This document shows positions 1-8,773 of a DNA stretch of 32,000 nucleotides, in pieces. The notes beneath the pieces are model-generated. The model had not been told where the DNA came from, made no database searches, and saw only the letters and a list, made by a program, of their open reading frames with translations. The stretch spans positions 210,001 through 242,000 of the forward strand of contig NC_002528.1 of NCBI RefSeq assembly GCF_000009605.1, in the 5' to 3' direction. The translations under genes and the position numbers were made by a program. The number at the start of each line of letters is the position of its first letter. The first letter of the stretch is position 1. The stretch is from Buchnera aphidicola str. APS (Acyrthosiphon pisum) (GTDB lineage Bacteria; Pseudomonadota; Gammaproteobacteria; Enterobacterales; Enterobacteriaceae).

Positions 1-1696
1 CATATTGTTCGGATAATAATTGACTAGATGTACAATCTACAATGACTGAGTTTGAAAAATGATTATTTTTTATTAGATTATTTAACAATTCTAAATTAAA
101 TTTTTGAGTTGATTTTTTAAAATCATTTTTCCAGTTAGATAAATCATTTGTATTGTCTAACAATAATATTTTTTTAGAATTTGCAATAGCACAAATTTTA
201 ATTTCTATATTTTTTTTATCTAAAAATTGTTTTTGTTTTAATATTTGGTTCAGTAATGTACTGCCAATTCCACCTATTCCTATTAAAAACATATGAATAG
301 TTTTTTTATTAAAAAACAATGTATTATGAACATGTTGAACAGCTTTTAAAATGTTTTCTTTTTTAATCACTAATGAAATAGAATGTTTCGAAGAACCTTG
401 TGAGATTGCAATGACGTTGATTTTTAAAGCGCCTAGAACAGAAAATATTTTTGACGCAATATTGTGTTTTTTATAGATATTCGATCCTACTATTGAGAGG
501 ATAGATAAATTTTTCTTTATTTTGAAGGGATTCAACAAACCATCTTTTAATTCTAGTTGAAATTCTTTATTGAATAAATATAAAATTTTATAAATATCAT
601 GTTCGTAAACACAGAAATTAATTTTATTTTCTGAAGATGATTGAGTAATTAATAATATTTTAATATTTCCTCTAGACATCATTGTAAATATACGTGAAAT
701 TACACTTCCTACATCTTTTATATGAGGTCCAGATATATTAAACATTGCTATTTCATCAAGATGAGTAACCCCTTTTAGGAAATCTTTTTCGGAACAGTTT
801 TGTTCGCAAATTAATGTTCCAATAGATTTAACATTATTTGTATTTTTAATTAAACATGGAATTTTAAATTGAGCAATTGGTTCAATAGTACGAGGGTGTA
901 GCACCTTAGCACCGAAATAAGACAGTTCCATTGCTTCTTGATATGATATTGATTTTAATAAACGAGCATTTGGAACTTTTCTTGGATCAGAAGTAAAAAC
1001 TCCGTCAACATCAGTCCAGATTTCACAACAATTCGCATCTAAACAAGCCGCTAACACCGCAGCTGAATAATCAGAACCATTTCGTCCTAATACCACTAAT
1101 TTTTTATCTTTATTTCCCGCAATAAAACCAGCCATTAAAATAATATTACTTTGATTAATATTCATGTTCTGAATATTTTTTTTAGATTCAGATATATCAA
1201 CAGTTGAATCAAGATAATTATCACCTATAGCAACTAAATTTTTAACAGGATTAATAATAGTTACATTATAATTTTTAGATTGTAATATACTTTTCATTAT
1301 GAAAACTGAAAGTATTTCTCCACGAGAAATTATAATTGCACGAATATTATCTGGACACTGTTTTAATAATAAAATCCCTTGTATGATATTTTTTAACTCA
1401 TTAAATTCTTTTTTTATAATTTTTTCTATTTCTTTATGAGGAAAATTAGATTGTATATTTAAAAAATTGTTTATTAGTTGCATAAATATATTTTCTGCAA
1501 GATGTACTGTTTCTAAAATTTGATTATTCTTAATAGTGTTTTCTATAATTTTTACTAGATAGTTAGTAATTTTAGCTGGTGCAGAAAGTACTACCGCAAT
1601 TTGATCTGTTTGAGTGTTTTCTTCAATAATACTAGATACAGATAAAAATTTTTCTGCATTAGCTAATGATGTACCACCAAATTTTAATAATTTCAT
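1..1696 (-). CDS. thrA: Bifunctional aspartokinase I / homoserine dehydrogenase I, N-terminal ~565 codons (runs off the left window edge)
   Basis: Absent from the ORF track because it has no stop in the window. I read the minus-strand frame (plus-strand triplets at 2,5,...,1694) and found no TTA/CTA/TCA, so there is no stop. ATG is at 1696-1694. The N-terminus [19 protein letters not shown] matches E. coli ThrA MRVLKFGGTSVANAERFL. Internal [32 protein letters not shown] (plus ~1000-1100) is the aspartokinase core. [15 protein letters not shown] (plus ~255-300) is the homoserine dehydrogenase GxGxxG. Confidence 0.95.
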   Translation of the reverse strand, partial: MKLLKFGGTSLANAEKFLSVSSIIEENTQTDQIAVVLSAPAKITNYLVKIIENTIKNNQILETVHLAENIFMQLINNFLNIQSNFPHKEIEKIIKKEFNELKNIIQGILLLKQCPDNIRAIIISRGEILSVFIMKSILQSKNYNVTIINPVKNLVAIGDNYLDSTVDISESKKNIQNMNINQSNIILMAGFIAGNKDKKLVVLGRNGSDYSAAVLAACLDANCCEIWTDVDGVFTSDPRKVPNARLLKSISYQEAMELSYFGAKVLHPRTIEPIAQFKIPCLIKNTNNVKSIGTLICEQNCSEKDFLKGVTHLDEIAMFNISGPHIKDVGSVISRIFTMMSRGNIKILLITQSSSENKINFCVYEHDIYKILYLFNKEFQLELKDGLLNPFKIKKNLSILSIVGSNIYKKHNIASKIFSVLGALKINVIAISQGSSKHSISLVIKKENILKAVQHVHNTLFFNKKTIHMFLIGIGGIGSTLLNQILKQKQFLDKKNIEIKICAIANSKKILLLDNTNDLSNWKNDFKKSTQKFNLELLNNLIKNNHFSNSVIVDCTSSQLLSEQY

Positions 1697-1724
1697 ATTT
1701 TATAATTCCTTATATTTATATCAC

Positions 1725-1757
1725 AAAAAAACCCGCCTTAAGTATGAGCAGGTTTTT
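1725..1757 (-). terminator. Intrinsic terminator hairpin plus U7 tract 28 nt upstream of the thrA ATG, at the position of the thr attenuator
   Basis: Minus-strand RNA is AAAAA-CCUGCU-CAUACUUAA-GGCGGG-UUUUUUU. The stem has 6 bp, four G-C and two G-U wobble pairs. The flanking A5/U7 can extend it. The U tract ends at 1725 and the thrA ATG is at 1696. E. coli has its thr attenuator terminator about 26 nt before thrA. Confidence 0.6.
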
Positions 1758-2354
1758 AAAGATTATTTAAGCCTACATCATAACTAGTTATAATAATTAG
1801 AACAGCTATTCTAGTGAAGAGGCTGTAAATAGATGTCAATATTTTTTATAAATACGTAAAGTGTATTACCTAATTATATTAGGTAGTATCTTTTAATATA
1901 ATTTAATTATTAATTAAAAATATTTTTATTTATTTAGAATGCTGTAAAAGCGGTATTTTTGATTTTATCAAAAATCAGATGTGTTGATGTCTACAAAAAA
2001 ATATTACAATGACAAAATTAATTTGTTTATACTTAAAAAAGTATTATAGTATTTTTTTAAATTTCATATTTTATAATTAGGTATAAAAGAAATTATATTT
2101 TTATATAAAAAATATATATTTTCATTTTTTAAAATATTAAAAAGAACTGTTTTTTAAAAACTTTTTTAGATGCATTAATTTTTATAACATAATGATCATT
2201 ATTAGTGCAATAGTTAAAAAAATAAATATTTTATTTTTTATTGTATATTAGAAATTTATTTATTCAATAAATTGTGTATTTCTAATATAATATTATTATA
2301 TTTTTTTAAGTTTTTTCATATCATTTAATTCACACTAACTATTTAATTAATATT

Positions 2355-2855
2355 ATGAAACATACTCTTCAAGTGATCATCACTGAGAAAGAACTTGATA
2401 TTCGTGTTCGAGAATTGGGTCAAGAAATTACCAAGAAATATAGAAATAGCAGAAATAAAATGATACTAATAGCATTACTACGTGGTTCCTTTATATTTAT
2501 ATCAGATTTATGTCGTAGAATTCATATTGAACATGAAATAGATTTTATGACAACTTCTAGTTATGGGCGTGGGATGTTATCGAGTGGAGATGTAAAAATT
2601 ATTAAAGATTTAGATGAAGATATCTATAATAAAAATGTTTTAATCGTAGAAGATATTATTGATTCAGGAAAAACTCTAAGTAAAGTTTTAGATATTTTGA
2701 AACTTAGAAATCCAAAATCATTATCAATTTGCACTCTTTTAGATAAACCAGAGTGTCGCGAGGTTAATATTAACGTTGATTTTATAGGTTTTTCTATCTT
2801 AGAAAACTTTTTTATAGTAGGTTATGGTATTGATTATGCTCAATCTTATCGTTAA
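2355..2855 (+). CDS. hpt: Hypoxanthine phosphoribosyltransferase, ending at an in-frame TAA 11 codons before the family C-terminus
   Basis: ORF track. [22 protein letters not shown] aligns with E. coli Hpt MKHTVEVMIPEAEIKARIAELG. The PRPP loop [14 protein letters not shown] is present. The ORF ends ...[14 protein letters not shown]. Confidence 0.93.
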
Positions 2856-2898
2856 CTTCCAAACATAGGAAAAGTAGTTTTTAAAAAATAAGTAAATT

Positions 2899-3756
2899 TT
2901 AATAATTTAAAATTATTTTTTTGTTATCAATTAAACGAGTATTTCCCAACCATACAGATGCTAGAAGAATAACTTTTTTGACTTTTTTAGATGGATGTTC
3001 TAAATTTTTATAATCGTATATGTCGAATATGTCAACAGAAAATCCTTTTTTTATTAATAATATTTTAGATTCATGAATAATTTTAGGTCTAATATTATCA
3101 TCTTCTTTTATAATTTTTTCACATGTTTTTTTTATGATTTTATATAAATAAGGTGCTATTTCATTTTCTTGGGAACTTAAATAATTATTTCTTGAACTTA
3201 AAGCTAATCCATTTTTTAGTCGTATTGTAGGTAAGCTAATTATTTTTATCATATAATTCAACTCCTTTACAAGGATTTTTATAATTAATAATTGTTGATA
3301 ATCTTTTTCTCCAAAAAATGCAAAATCTGGTTGTATAAAGTTAAATAACTTAGTAATAATTGTCGTAACGCCTCTAAAGTGTCCAGGTCGTGATTGACCT
3401 TCTAAAATTTTAGATAATTTGATAACCTCAACAAATGTTTGATGTTCTATGCCATTCGGGTATATTTCATTTATATGAGGAAAAAAAAGGATATCTACGT
3501 GGTATTTTTTTAATATTATAGAATCTTTCATAAAAGTTTTAGGGTAATTTTTCAGGTCTGATAAATTATCAAATTGCATTGGATTAATAAAAATACTTAC
3601 TATAATGATATCCGAATATTTTTTTGCTAATAGTATTAATTTTATATGACCATCATGTAAATTACCCATTGTAGGAACTAGTCCTATTTTTTTATTTGAT
3701 TTTTTAAGAATTTTTATTTCTTTATATAGTACTTTTATTGTTTTTATAATATGCAT
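2899..3756 (-). CDS. panC: Pantothenate synthetase (pantoate--beta-alanine ligase)
   Basis: ORF track. GLVPTMGNLHDGH matches the E. coli PanC ALVPTMGNLHDGH motif. Length is 285 aa against about 283. Confidence 0.95.
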   Translation of the reverse strand: MHIIKTIKVLYKEIKILKKSNKKIGLVPTMGNLHDGHIKLILLAKKYSDIIIVSIFINPMQFDNLSDLKNYPKTFMKDSIILKKYHVDILFFPHINEIYPNGIEHQTFVEVIKLSKILEGQSRPGHFRGVTTIITKLFNFIQPDFAFFGEKDYQQLLIIKILVKELNYMIKIISLPTIRLKNGLALSSRNNYLSSQENEIAPYLYKIIKKTCEKIIKEDDNIRPKIIHESKILLIKKGFSVDIFDIYDYKNLEHPSKKVKKVILLASVWLGNTRLIDNKKIILNY

Positions 3757-3770
3757 ATTTACTCCATTTT

Positions 3771-4562
3771 TTAAAAACTATGTTTTTTGCTAGGATAAAT
3801 ACTATGTTCCACTTCATATATATACTTTTGAATTGCTTTTTGAATGCTATCGCTCTCTGAGAGAAAATTTTTTGTAAAACTAGGTGTTTTTCCTTCAGTA
3901 ATACCTAATAAGTCATGCATCACAAGAATTTGTCCATCAGTATTTTTACCTGATCCTATTCCAATAACTGGAATTGATAAACTTTCAGTAATCTTTTTTG
4001 CTAGTTTTTCTGGAATACATTCTAATATAAGCATATTAATTCCAGATTCTTCTAATAATAATGCTTCATCTATTAATTTATTAGCGTCATTTTCTTTTCG
4101 TCCTTGAACTTTATAGCCACCTAAATAATGAAAAGATTGAGGTATTAAACCAATATGACCGCAAATTAATATTAATCTATTAGATAGTTCTCTAATAATT
4201 TCAATTAGCCATTTTCCACCTTCCATTTTTATCATATTTGCACCAGATCTTATAATTTTTGCTGTGTTTTTAAGAGCCTGTTTAGTGTCATAATAAGACA
4301 TAAAAGGTAAATCAGATATTAAGAACGTATTAGGAGCTCCTTTTCTGACAGCTTTTGTATGATATGCAATATCTTCAATCTTCACTGGTAAAGTAGAAGT
4401 GTGACCTTGTATAGTCATTCCAAGAGAGTCTCCTATAAGTATGACAGGAATGCCACAATTAGAAAACAATCTAGAAAAACTAAAATCATAAGCTGTAATA
4501 GCTGCAAATTTTTTTTTATTTATTTTCCAATTCTTTAATTGAGAGATTGTAATGGACTCCAT
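3771..4562 (-). CDS. panB: 3-methyl-2-oxobutanoate hydroxymethyltransferase
   Basis: ORF track. [48 protein letters not shown] is collinear with E. coli PanB. Length is 263 aa. Confidence 0.95.
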   Translation of the reverse strand: MESITISQLKNWKINKKKFAAITAYDFSFSRLFSNCGIPVILIGDSLGMTIQGHTSTLPVKIEDIAYHTKAVRKGAPNTFLISDLPFMSYYDTKQALKNTAKIIRSGANMIKMEGGKWLIEIIRELSNRLILICGHIGLIPQSFHYLGGYKVQGRKENDANKLIDEALLLEESGINMLILECIPEKLAKKITESLSIPVIGIGSGKNTDGQILVMHDLLGITEGKTPSFTKNFLSESDSIQKAIQKYIYEVEHSIYPSKKHSF

Positions 4563-4612
4563 GTTAGCTCCGTTTAATGATATTATTATTATAATGTATG
4601 TGAAATTAATAA

Positions 4613-4654
4613 AGGATATCCGAATTAGTTTTTCAAATTAGTCGAATATCCTTG
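4613..4654 (-). terminator. Imperfect hairpin in the dksA-panB spacer, a possible dksA terminator
   Basis: AAGGATAT (4613-4620) pairs with ATATCCTT (4647-4654). Three more inner pairs follow one mismatch. It lies 24 nt downstream of the dksA stop on the minus strand. The downstream sequence is only moderately U-rich. Confidence 0.3.
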
Positions 4655-4677
4655 TTTAAATGTTTTAATCTATAAAA

Positions 4678-5133
4678 CTAACCAGTCATTTGTTTTTCTC
4701 TAATTTCTGCTAACGTTTTACAATCAATACATAGATCGGCAGTAGGTCTAGCTTCTAAACGACGAATTCCAATTTCAACACTACAGGAGTTACAGTAGCC
4801 AAAATCTTTTTCTTTGATTTTTTTTAAAGTTATCTCAATTTTTTTAATTAATTTTCGACTACGATCACGATTTCGCAAATCTAAACTAAATTCTTCTTCT
4901 TGTGTAGCACGATCAATAGGATCTGGAAAATTTGTCGCGTTATCTTGTATATAGAGTAGAGTATGGTTAATTTCATCTTGTAATTGAGTTTTCCATGTCT
5001 CAAGAATTTTATAAAAATGCAGTATTTGATCTTTATTCATGTATTCTTCATCTATTTTTTTTTGATAAGGTTGCAAACCAGCAATAGAAAGAACATTTAA
5101 AGATGATGTTTTTTTGTTTTTTTCTTTTTCCAT
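4678..5133 (-). CDS. dksA: RNA polymerase-binding transcription factor DksA
   Basis: ORF track. 151 aa, near-identical in layout to E. coli Dks[24 protein letters not shown] is present, as is the Cys4 zinc finger [25 protein letters not shown]. Confidence 0.96.
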   Translation of the reverse strand: MEKEKNKKTSSLNVLSIAGLQPYQKKIDEEYMNKDQILHFYKILETWKTQLQDEINHTLLYIQDNATNFPDPIDRATQEEEFSLDLRNRDRSRKLIKKIEITLKKIKEKDFGYCNSCSVEIGIRRLEARPTADLCIDCKTLAEIREKQMTG

Positions 5134-5389
5134 AGCTCTCTCCGAAGATAATATTTTTACTAAATATCAAATATAAAGAAAAATTTTAAATAAAATATTT
5201 TTTTTAAAGTATATTAAAAATATAATTTTCTTATTTTATTTGTAAAGAAATTATTATAATAAACTATGTTAACATAAAATATAATTAAATATTTTTTTAT
5301 ATAATTCTATTTATTTATCAAGTCATAAACAGTTCTTTTTGAGAATAAATTCATTATTTTATCAATATTCATAATAGGGTTCTTTTTAA

Positions 5390-6190
5390 ATGGTGGCAAA
5401 AAATGTTAAAACATTTGCTTTAGGAGTTGAATATGATGGTAGTTATTACCATGGATGGCAACGTCAAAAAATTTTACCTAGTATTCAAGAAGAAATCGAA
5501 AAAGCTTTATCTATAATTGCTAATCATAAGATTGATGTAGTGTGTGCAGGTAGAACTGATGCTGGTGTTCATAGTATAGGACAAGTGATACACTTTAAAA
5601 CTACAGCTAATAGAAAAAAATCTTCTTGGTCGATAGGTGTAAATAGTTATCTTTCTGAAAATATTTCTGTTGTATGGGTAAAAGAAGTTACAGAAAATTT
5701 TCATGCTCGTTATAGTGCTATTACACGTTCTTATCGTTATATAATATATAATTATAGTCTTCGTTCTGCTATTTTTCAAACAAAATTAAATCATATTTAT
5801 AGAAAACTAAATGTAGACAAAATGAATTTTGAAGCTCAATTTTTATTAGGAGAGCATGATTTTACATCTTTTAGAGCACTCGGTTGTCAATCACATTCTC
5901 CTTGGAGAAATATTACAAAATTAAATGTATTTCGTTTTCATAACTGGGTAGTCGTGGATATTACTGCTAATTCTTTTTTACATCATATGGTGCGTAATAT
6001 TGTTGGTTCCTTAATTGAAGTGGGAATATCTAAAAAAAAAGAATATTGGATAAAAGATTTATTGGAAAAAAAAGATAGGAGTCACGCAGGAGCCACTGCA
6101 CCAGCTAAAGGTTTGTATTTAGTATATGTAGAATATCCCTTACATTTTAATTTACCGAGATCAGCATATACTTCTATTTTCTTTAAATAA
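5390..6190 (+). CDS. truA: tRNA pseudouridine(38-40) synthase
   Basis: ORF track. [15 protein letters not shown] and the catalytic [11 protein letters not shown] motif are present, as is [16 protein letters not shown]. Length is 266 aa. Confidence 0.94.
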   Translation: MVAKNVKTFALGVEYDGSYYHGWQRQKILPSIQEEIEKALSIIANHKIDVVCAGRTDAGVHSIGQVIHFKTTANRKKSSWSIGVNSYLSENISVVWVKEVTENFHARYSAITRSYRYIIYNYSLRSAIFQTKLNHIYRKLNVDKMNFEAQFLLGEHDFTSFRALGCQSHSPWRNITKLNVFRFHNWVVVDITANSFLHHMVRNIVGSLIEVGISKKKEYWIKDLLEKKDRSHAGATAPAKGLYLVYVEYPLHFNLPRSAYTSIFFK

Positions 6191-6258
6191 AAAAATTAAA
6201 ATTATTTTTTATTTATTAATTTTTAGAAAAATATTTTCGATAAAATTTCAGGGGTTTA

Positions 6259-8544
6259 TTGATGTTTTTTAATTTTAAAAAATATTTTCTTATAAAAGTA
6301 TTTTTTTTTGTATTAATTTTAACGCTTTGTTATGGGTTATATTTATACGTTAAGATAAATCGATTCATAAATGGAAAAGTATGGAATTTTCCCACTTCAA
6401 TATATGGACGTATAGTTAATTTAGAACCAGGAAATTCATATTCTCAAAAAGAAGTATTACACTTGTTGAAAAGCACAATGTATAGAAAAGTAGATTTAGT
6501 TATGTTGCCAGGAGAATACAGTATAAAAAATAATACTATAGAATTTATACGACGTGCTTTTGATTTTCCTGATATACGAGAAGATGAATTTCATGCGCGA
6601 TTGTATTTTAATAAAGATACTTTAGTAAAAATTAAAAACATTGACAACAATCATGATTTTAGTTTTTTTCGTTTAGAGCCCAAACTAATTGCTATGTTAA
6701 AATCTCCTGAAGCAAAAAAACGAATGTTTATTCCTCGCAATCAATACCCGGAAATGTTAGTTAAAACATTACTAGCTATTGAAGATAAGTATTTTTATGA
6801 GCATGATGGAATTCACTTATCATCTATAGGTCGAGCTTTTTTAGTAAATCTAATGGCTGGCCGCACAATTCAAGGTGGTAGTACTCTCACTCAACAACTT
6901 ATAAAAAATTTATTTTTAACCAATACTCGTTCAATATTACGAAAAATAAATGAAATCTATATGGCTTTAATTTTAGATAGATTTTATACAAAAGATCGAA
7001 TTTTAGAATTGTATTTAAATGAAGTTTATTTAGGACAAGATGGTGATGAACAAATTAGAGGTTTTCCTCTTGCTAGTATTTATTATTTTGGTAGACCAAT
7101 AAATGAATTGAATTTAGAACAATATGCTTTATTAGTTGGTATGGTCAAAGGTGCCTCTTTATATAGTCCTTGGACTAATCCTAATCTTGCATTAAAAAGA
7201 AGAAATTTGGTTTTATTTTTATTGTATAAACAAAAATATATTACAAGAAAAATTTATAAAGATTTATGTAAACGATCTTTAAATGTTCAGCCTAAAGGGA
7301 ATATTATTTCATCTCATCCTTCTTTTATACAACTTGTATGTGAAGAATTTCACAAAAAAATTTATAATCCTATTAAAAATTTTCCGGGAACAAAGATATT
7401 TACTACTCTTGATTATACTTCACAAAATGCAGTAGAACAAGCAGTAAAAATCGAAATACCTATATTAAAAAGAAAAAAAAGACTAAAGGATTTAGAAGTT
7501 GCTATGATCGTTATAGATAGATTTACAGGAGAAGTTCAAGCTCTTATTGGCAGTTCTAAACCAGAATTTAATGGTTACAATCGTGCTTTAAAAACTCGGC
7601 GTTCTATTGGTTCATTATCTAAACCTATAACATACTTAACTGCTTTATCACAACCAGAGAAATATCATTTAAATACTTGGATTTCTAATTATCCTCTTTC
7701 GATTAAATTAGATAGTGGTCAATATTGGACACCAAAAAATAATAATTTTTCTTTTAGTAAAAAAGTGCTCTTGTTAGACGCATTAATTCATTCAATTAAT
7801 ATTCCCACAGTTAATCTCAGTATAAATATAGGTTTGAAAAAATTAGTTGATAGCTGGTTGCTTTTAGGCATTTCTAAAAAATACATTACTCCTCTGCCAT
7901 CAATATCTTTAGGTGCTATCAATTTAACACCTTTTGAAATAGCACAAGTTTTTCAAATAATTGGAAGTGGTGGTTATAAGTCGTCTTTATCATCAGTAAG
8001 ATCAATTATATCTGATGATGGTAAAGTGCTTTATCAGAATTTGCCTCAATCAATACATATAGAATCTTCTGAAGCTTCTTATTTAACACTATACGGTATG
8101 CAACAAGTAGTTAAGAGTGGAACTGCAAAATCATTAGGAACCATTTTTAAAGAATTTTCTTTAGCTGGAAAAACTGGTACTACAAATAATTTAGTTGATA
8201 ATTGGTTTGTCGGAATTGACGGGAAACAAATTGTCATTACTTGGATAGGAAGAGATAATAACCACACAACAAGATTATATAGTTCTTCTGGTGCAATGCA
8301 AATTTACAAGAGATACCTTCAATATCAGCGTCCAGTACCACTAGTATTAAAAGCTCCAAACAATATTAATATGTTTTATATTAACAATCTAGGAGAATTA
8401 TTTTGTAAAAAAAATAATCAGCACAATCGAATGCTACCAATATGGTCGATAAAAAATAAAAAAATTTGTAATGATAAATTATCAGAACGTTTTTCCATAA
8501 AAAAGAAAAAAAATTTTTTGTTTTGGTTGAAAAACTTGTTTTAA
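6259..8544 (+). CDS. mrcB: Penicillin-binding protein 1B (bifunctional glycosyltransferase/transpeptidase)
   Basis: ORF track. Glycosyltransferase motifs AIEDKYFYEHDG, GGSTLTQQL and RKINE are present. Transpeptidase motifs SLSKP (SxxK), SIN (SxN) and KTGTT are present. The track start is TTG 6259. ATG 6262 is the more likely start, because AGGGG at 6249-6253 gives 8 nt spacing. The N-terminal cytoplasmic tail is shorter than in E. coli. Confidence 0.92.
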   Translation: MMFFNFKKYFLIKVFFFVLILTLCYGLYLYVKINRFINGKVWNFPTSIYGRIVNLEPGNSYSQKEVLHLLKSTMYRKVDLVMLPGEYSIKNNTIEFIRRAFDFPDIREDEFHARLYFNKDTLVKIKNIDNNHDFSFFRLEPKLIAMLKSPEAKKRMFIPRNQYPEMLVKTLLAIEDKYFYEHDGIHLSSIGRAFLVNLMAGRTIQGGSTLTQQLIKNLFLTNTRSILRKINEIYMALILDRFYTKDRILELYLNEVYLGQDGDEQIRGFPLASIYYFGRPINELNLEQYALLVGMVKGASLYSPWTNPNLALKRRNLVLFLLYKQKYITRKIYKDLCKRSLNVQPKGNIISSHPSFIQLVCEEFHKKIYNPIKNFPGTKIFTTLDYTSQNAVEQAVKIEIPILKRKKRLKDLEVAMIVIDRFTGEVQALIGSSKPEFNGYNRALKTRRSIGSLSKPITYLTALSQPEKYHLNTWISNYPLSIKLDSGQYWTPKNNNFSFSKKVLLLDALIHSINIPTVNLSINIGLKKLVDSWLLLGISKKYITPLPSISLGAINLTPFEIAQVFQIIGSGGYKSSLSSVRSIISDDGKVLYQNLPQSIHIESSEASYLTLYGMQQVVKSGTAKSLGTIFKEFSLAGKTGTTNNLVDNWFVGIDGKQIVITWIGRDNNHTTRLYSSSGAMQIYKRYLQYQRPVPLVLKAPNNINMFYINNLGELFCKKNNQHNRMLPIWSIKNKKICNDKLSERFSIKKKKNFLFWLKNLF

Positions 8545-8773
8545 AATAAAAAATAAAATTTTTATTCAAGAGAGATGGTATAAATCTATATTAAAACTTA
8601 AATTCTATTTAACTATCTATTATCAATATTTATTTTAGAGTATTTTATTAAATTGAATTTTTAGTTATGTTTTGCATTAATTAAAATAGAATCATTAATC
8701 AGTTCATTTGAATAATAATAAAAAATTTTTAACTTTTACTTAATTTGAAAAATTTTAATGTGAGAATTTATAC

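Noticed and set aside
1808-1839. A perfect TTGACA (1839-1834, minus strand) with TAGAAT (1813-1808) as a thrA promoter.
   Set aside because: The spacer is 20 nt, too long for a standard sigma-70 promoter. TA-rich hexamers are also abundant by chance in this composition, so I did not report it as a feature.
2263-2291. TATAAT at 2286-2291 with TTCAAT 17 nt upstream as the hpt promoter.
   Set aside because: TATAAT-like hexamers occur many times in every spacer here, and the -35 matches only 3 of 6 positions. It is not distinguishable from background without transcription start site data.
3844-4107. 87-aa plus-strand ORF antisense to panB. Similar antisense track ORFs are 5507-5779, 8079-8267, 8381-8569, 8782-9015, 10222-10449, 15165-15347, 16359-16706, 17157-17507, 18648-18854, 19124-19312, 26875-27069, 27400-27609, 27606-27824, 28267-28533 and 30824-31111.
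   Set aside because: All lie fully inside, or mostly overlap, well-supported genes on the opposite or another frame. They have low-complexity or odd composition (Ile/Phe/Ser/Cys-rich) and no recognisable motifs or Shine-Dalgarno sequences. They are typical shadow ORFs.
5134-5389. The 256-bp divergent dksA-truA spacer and the 275-bp speE-mtnN spacer (21019-21293) as possible small-RNA loci.
   Set aside because: By eye I found no stem of 8 bp or more with G-C content, no terminator-like structure and no conserved-looking box. Nothing supports a call.
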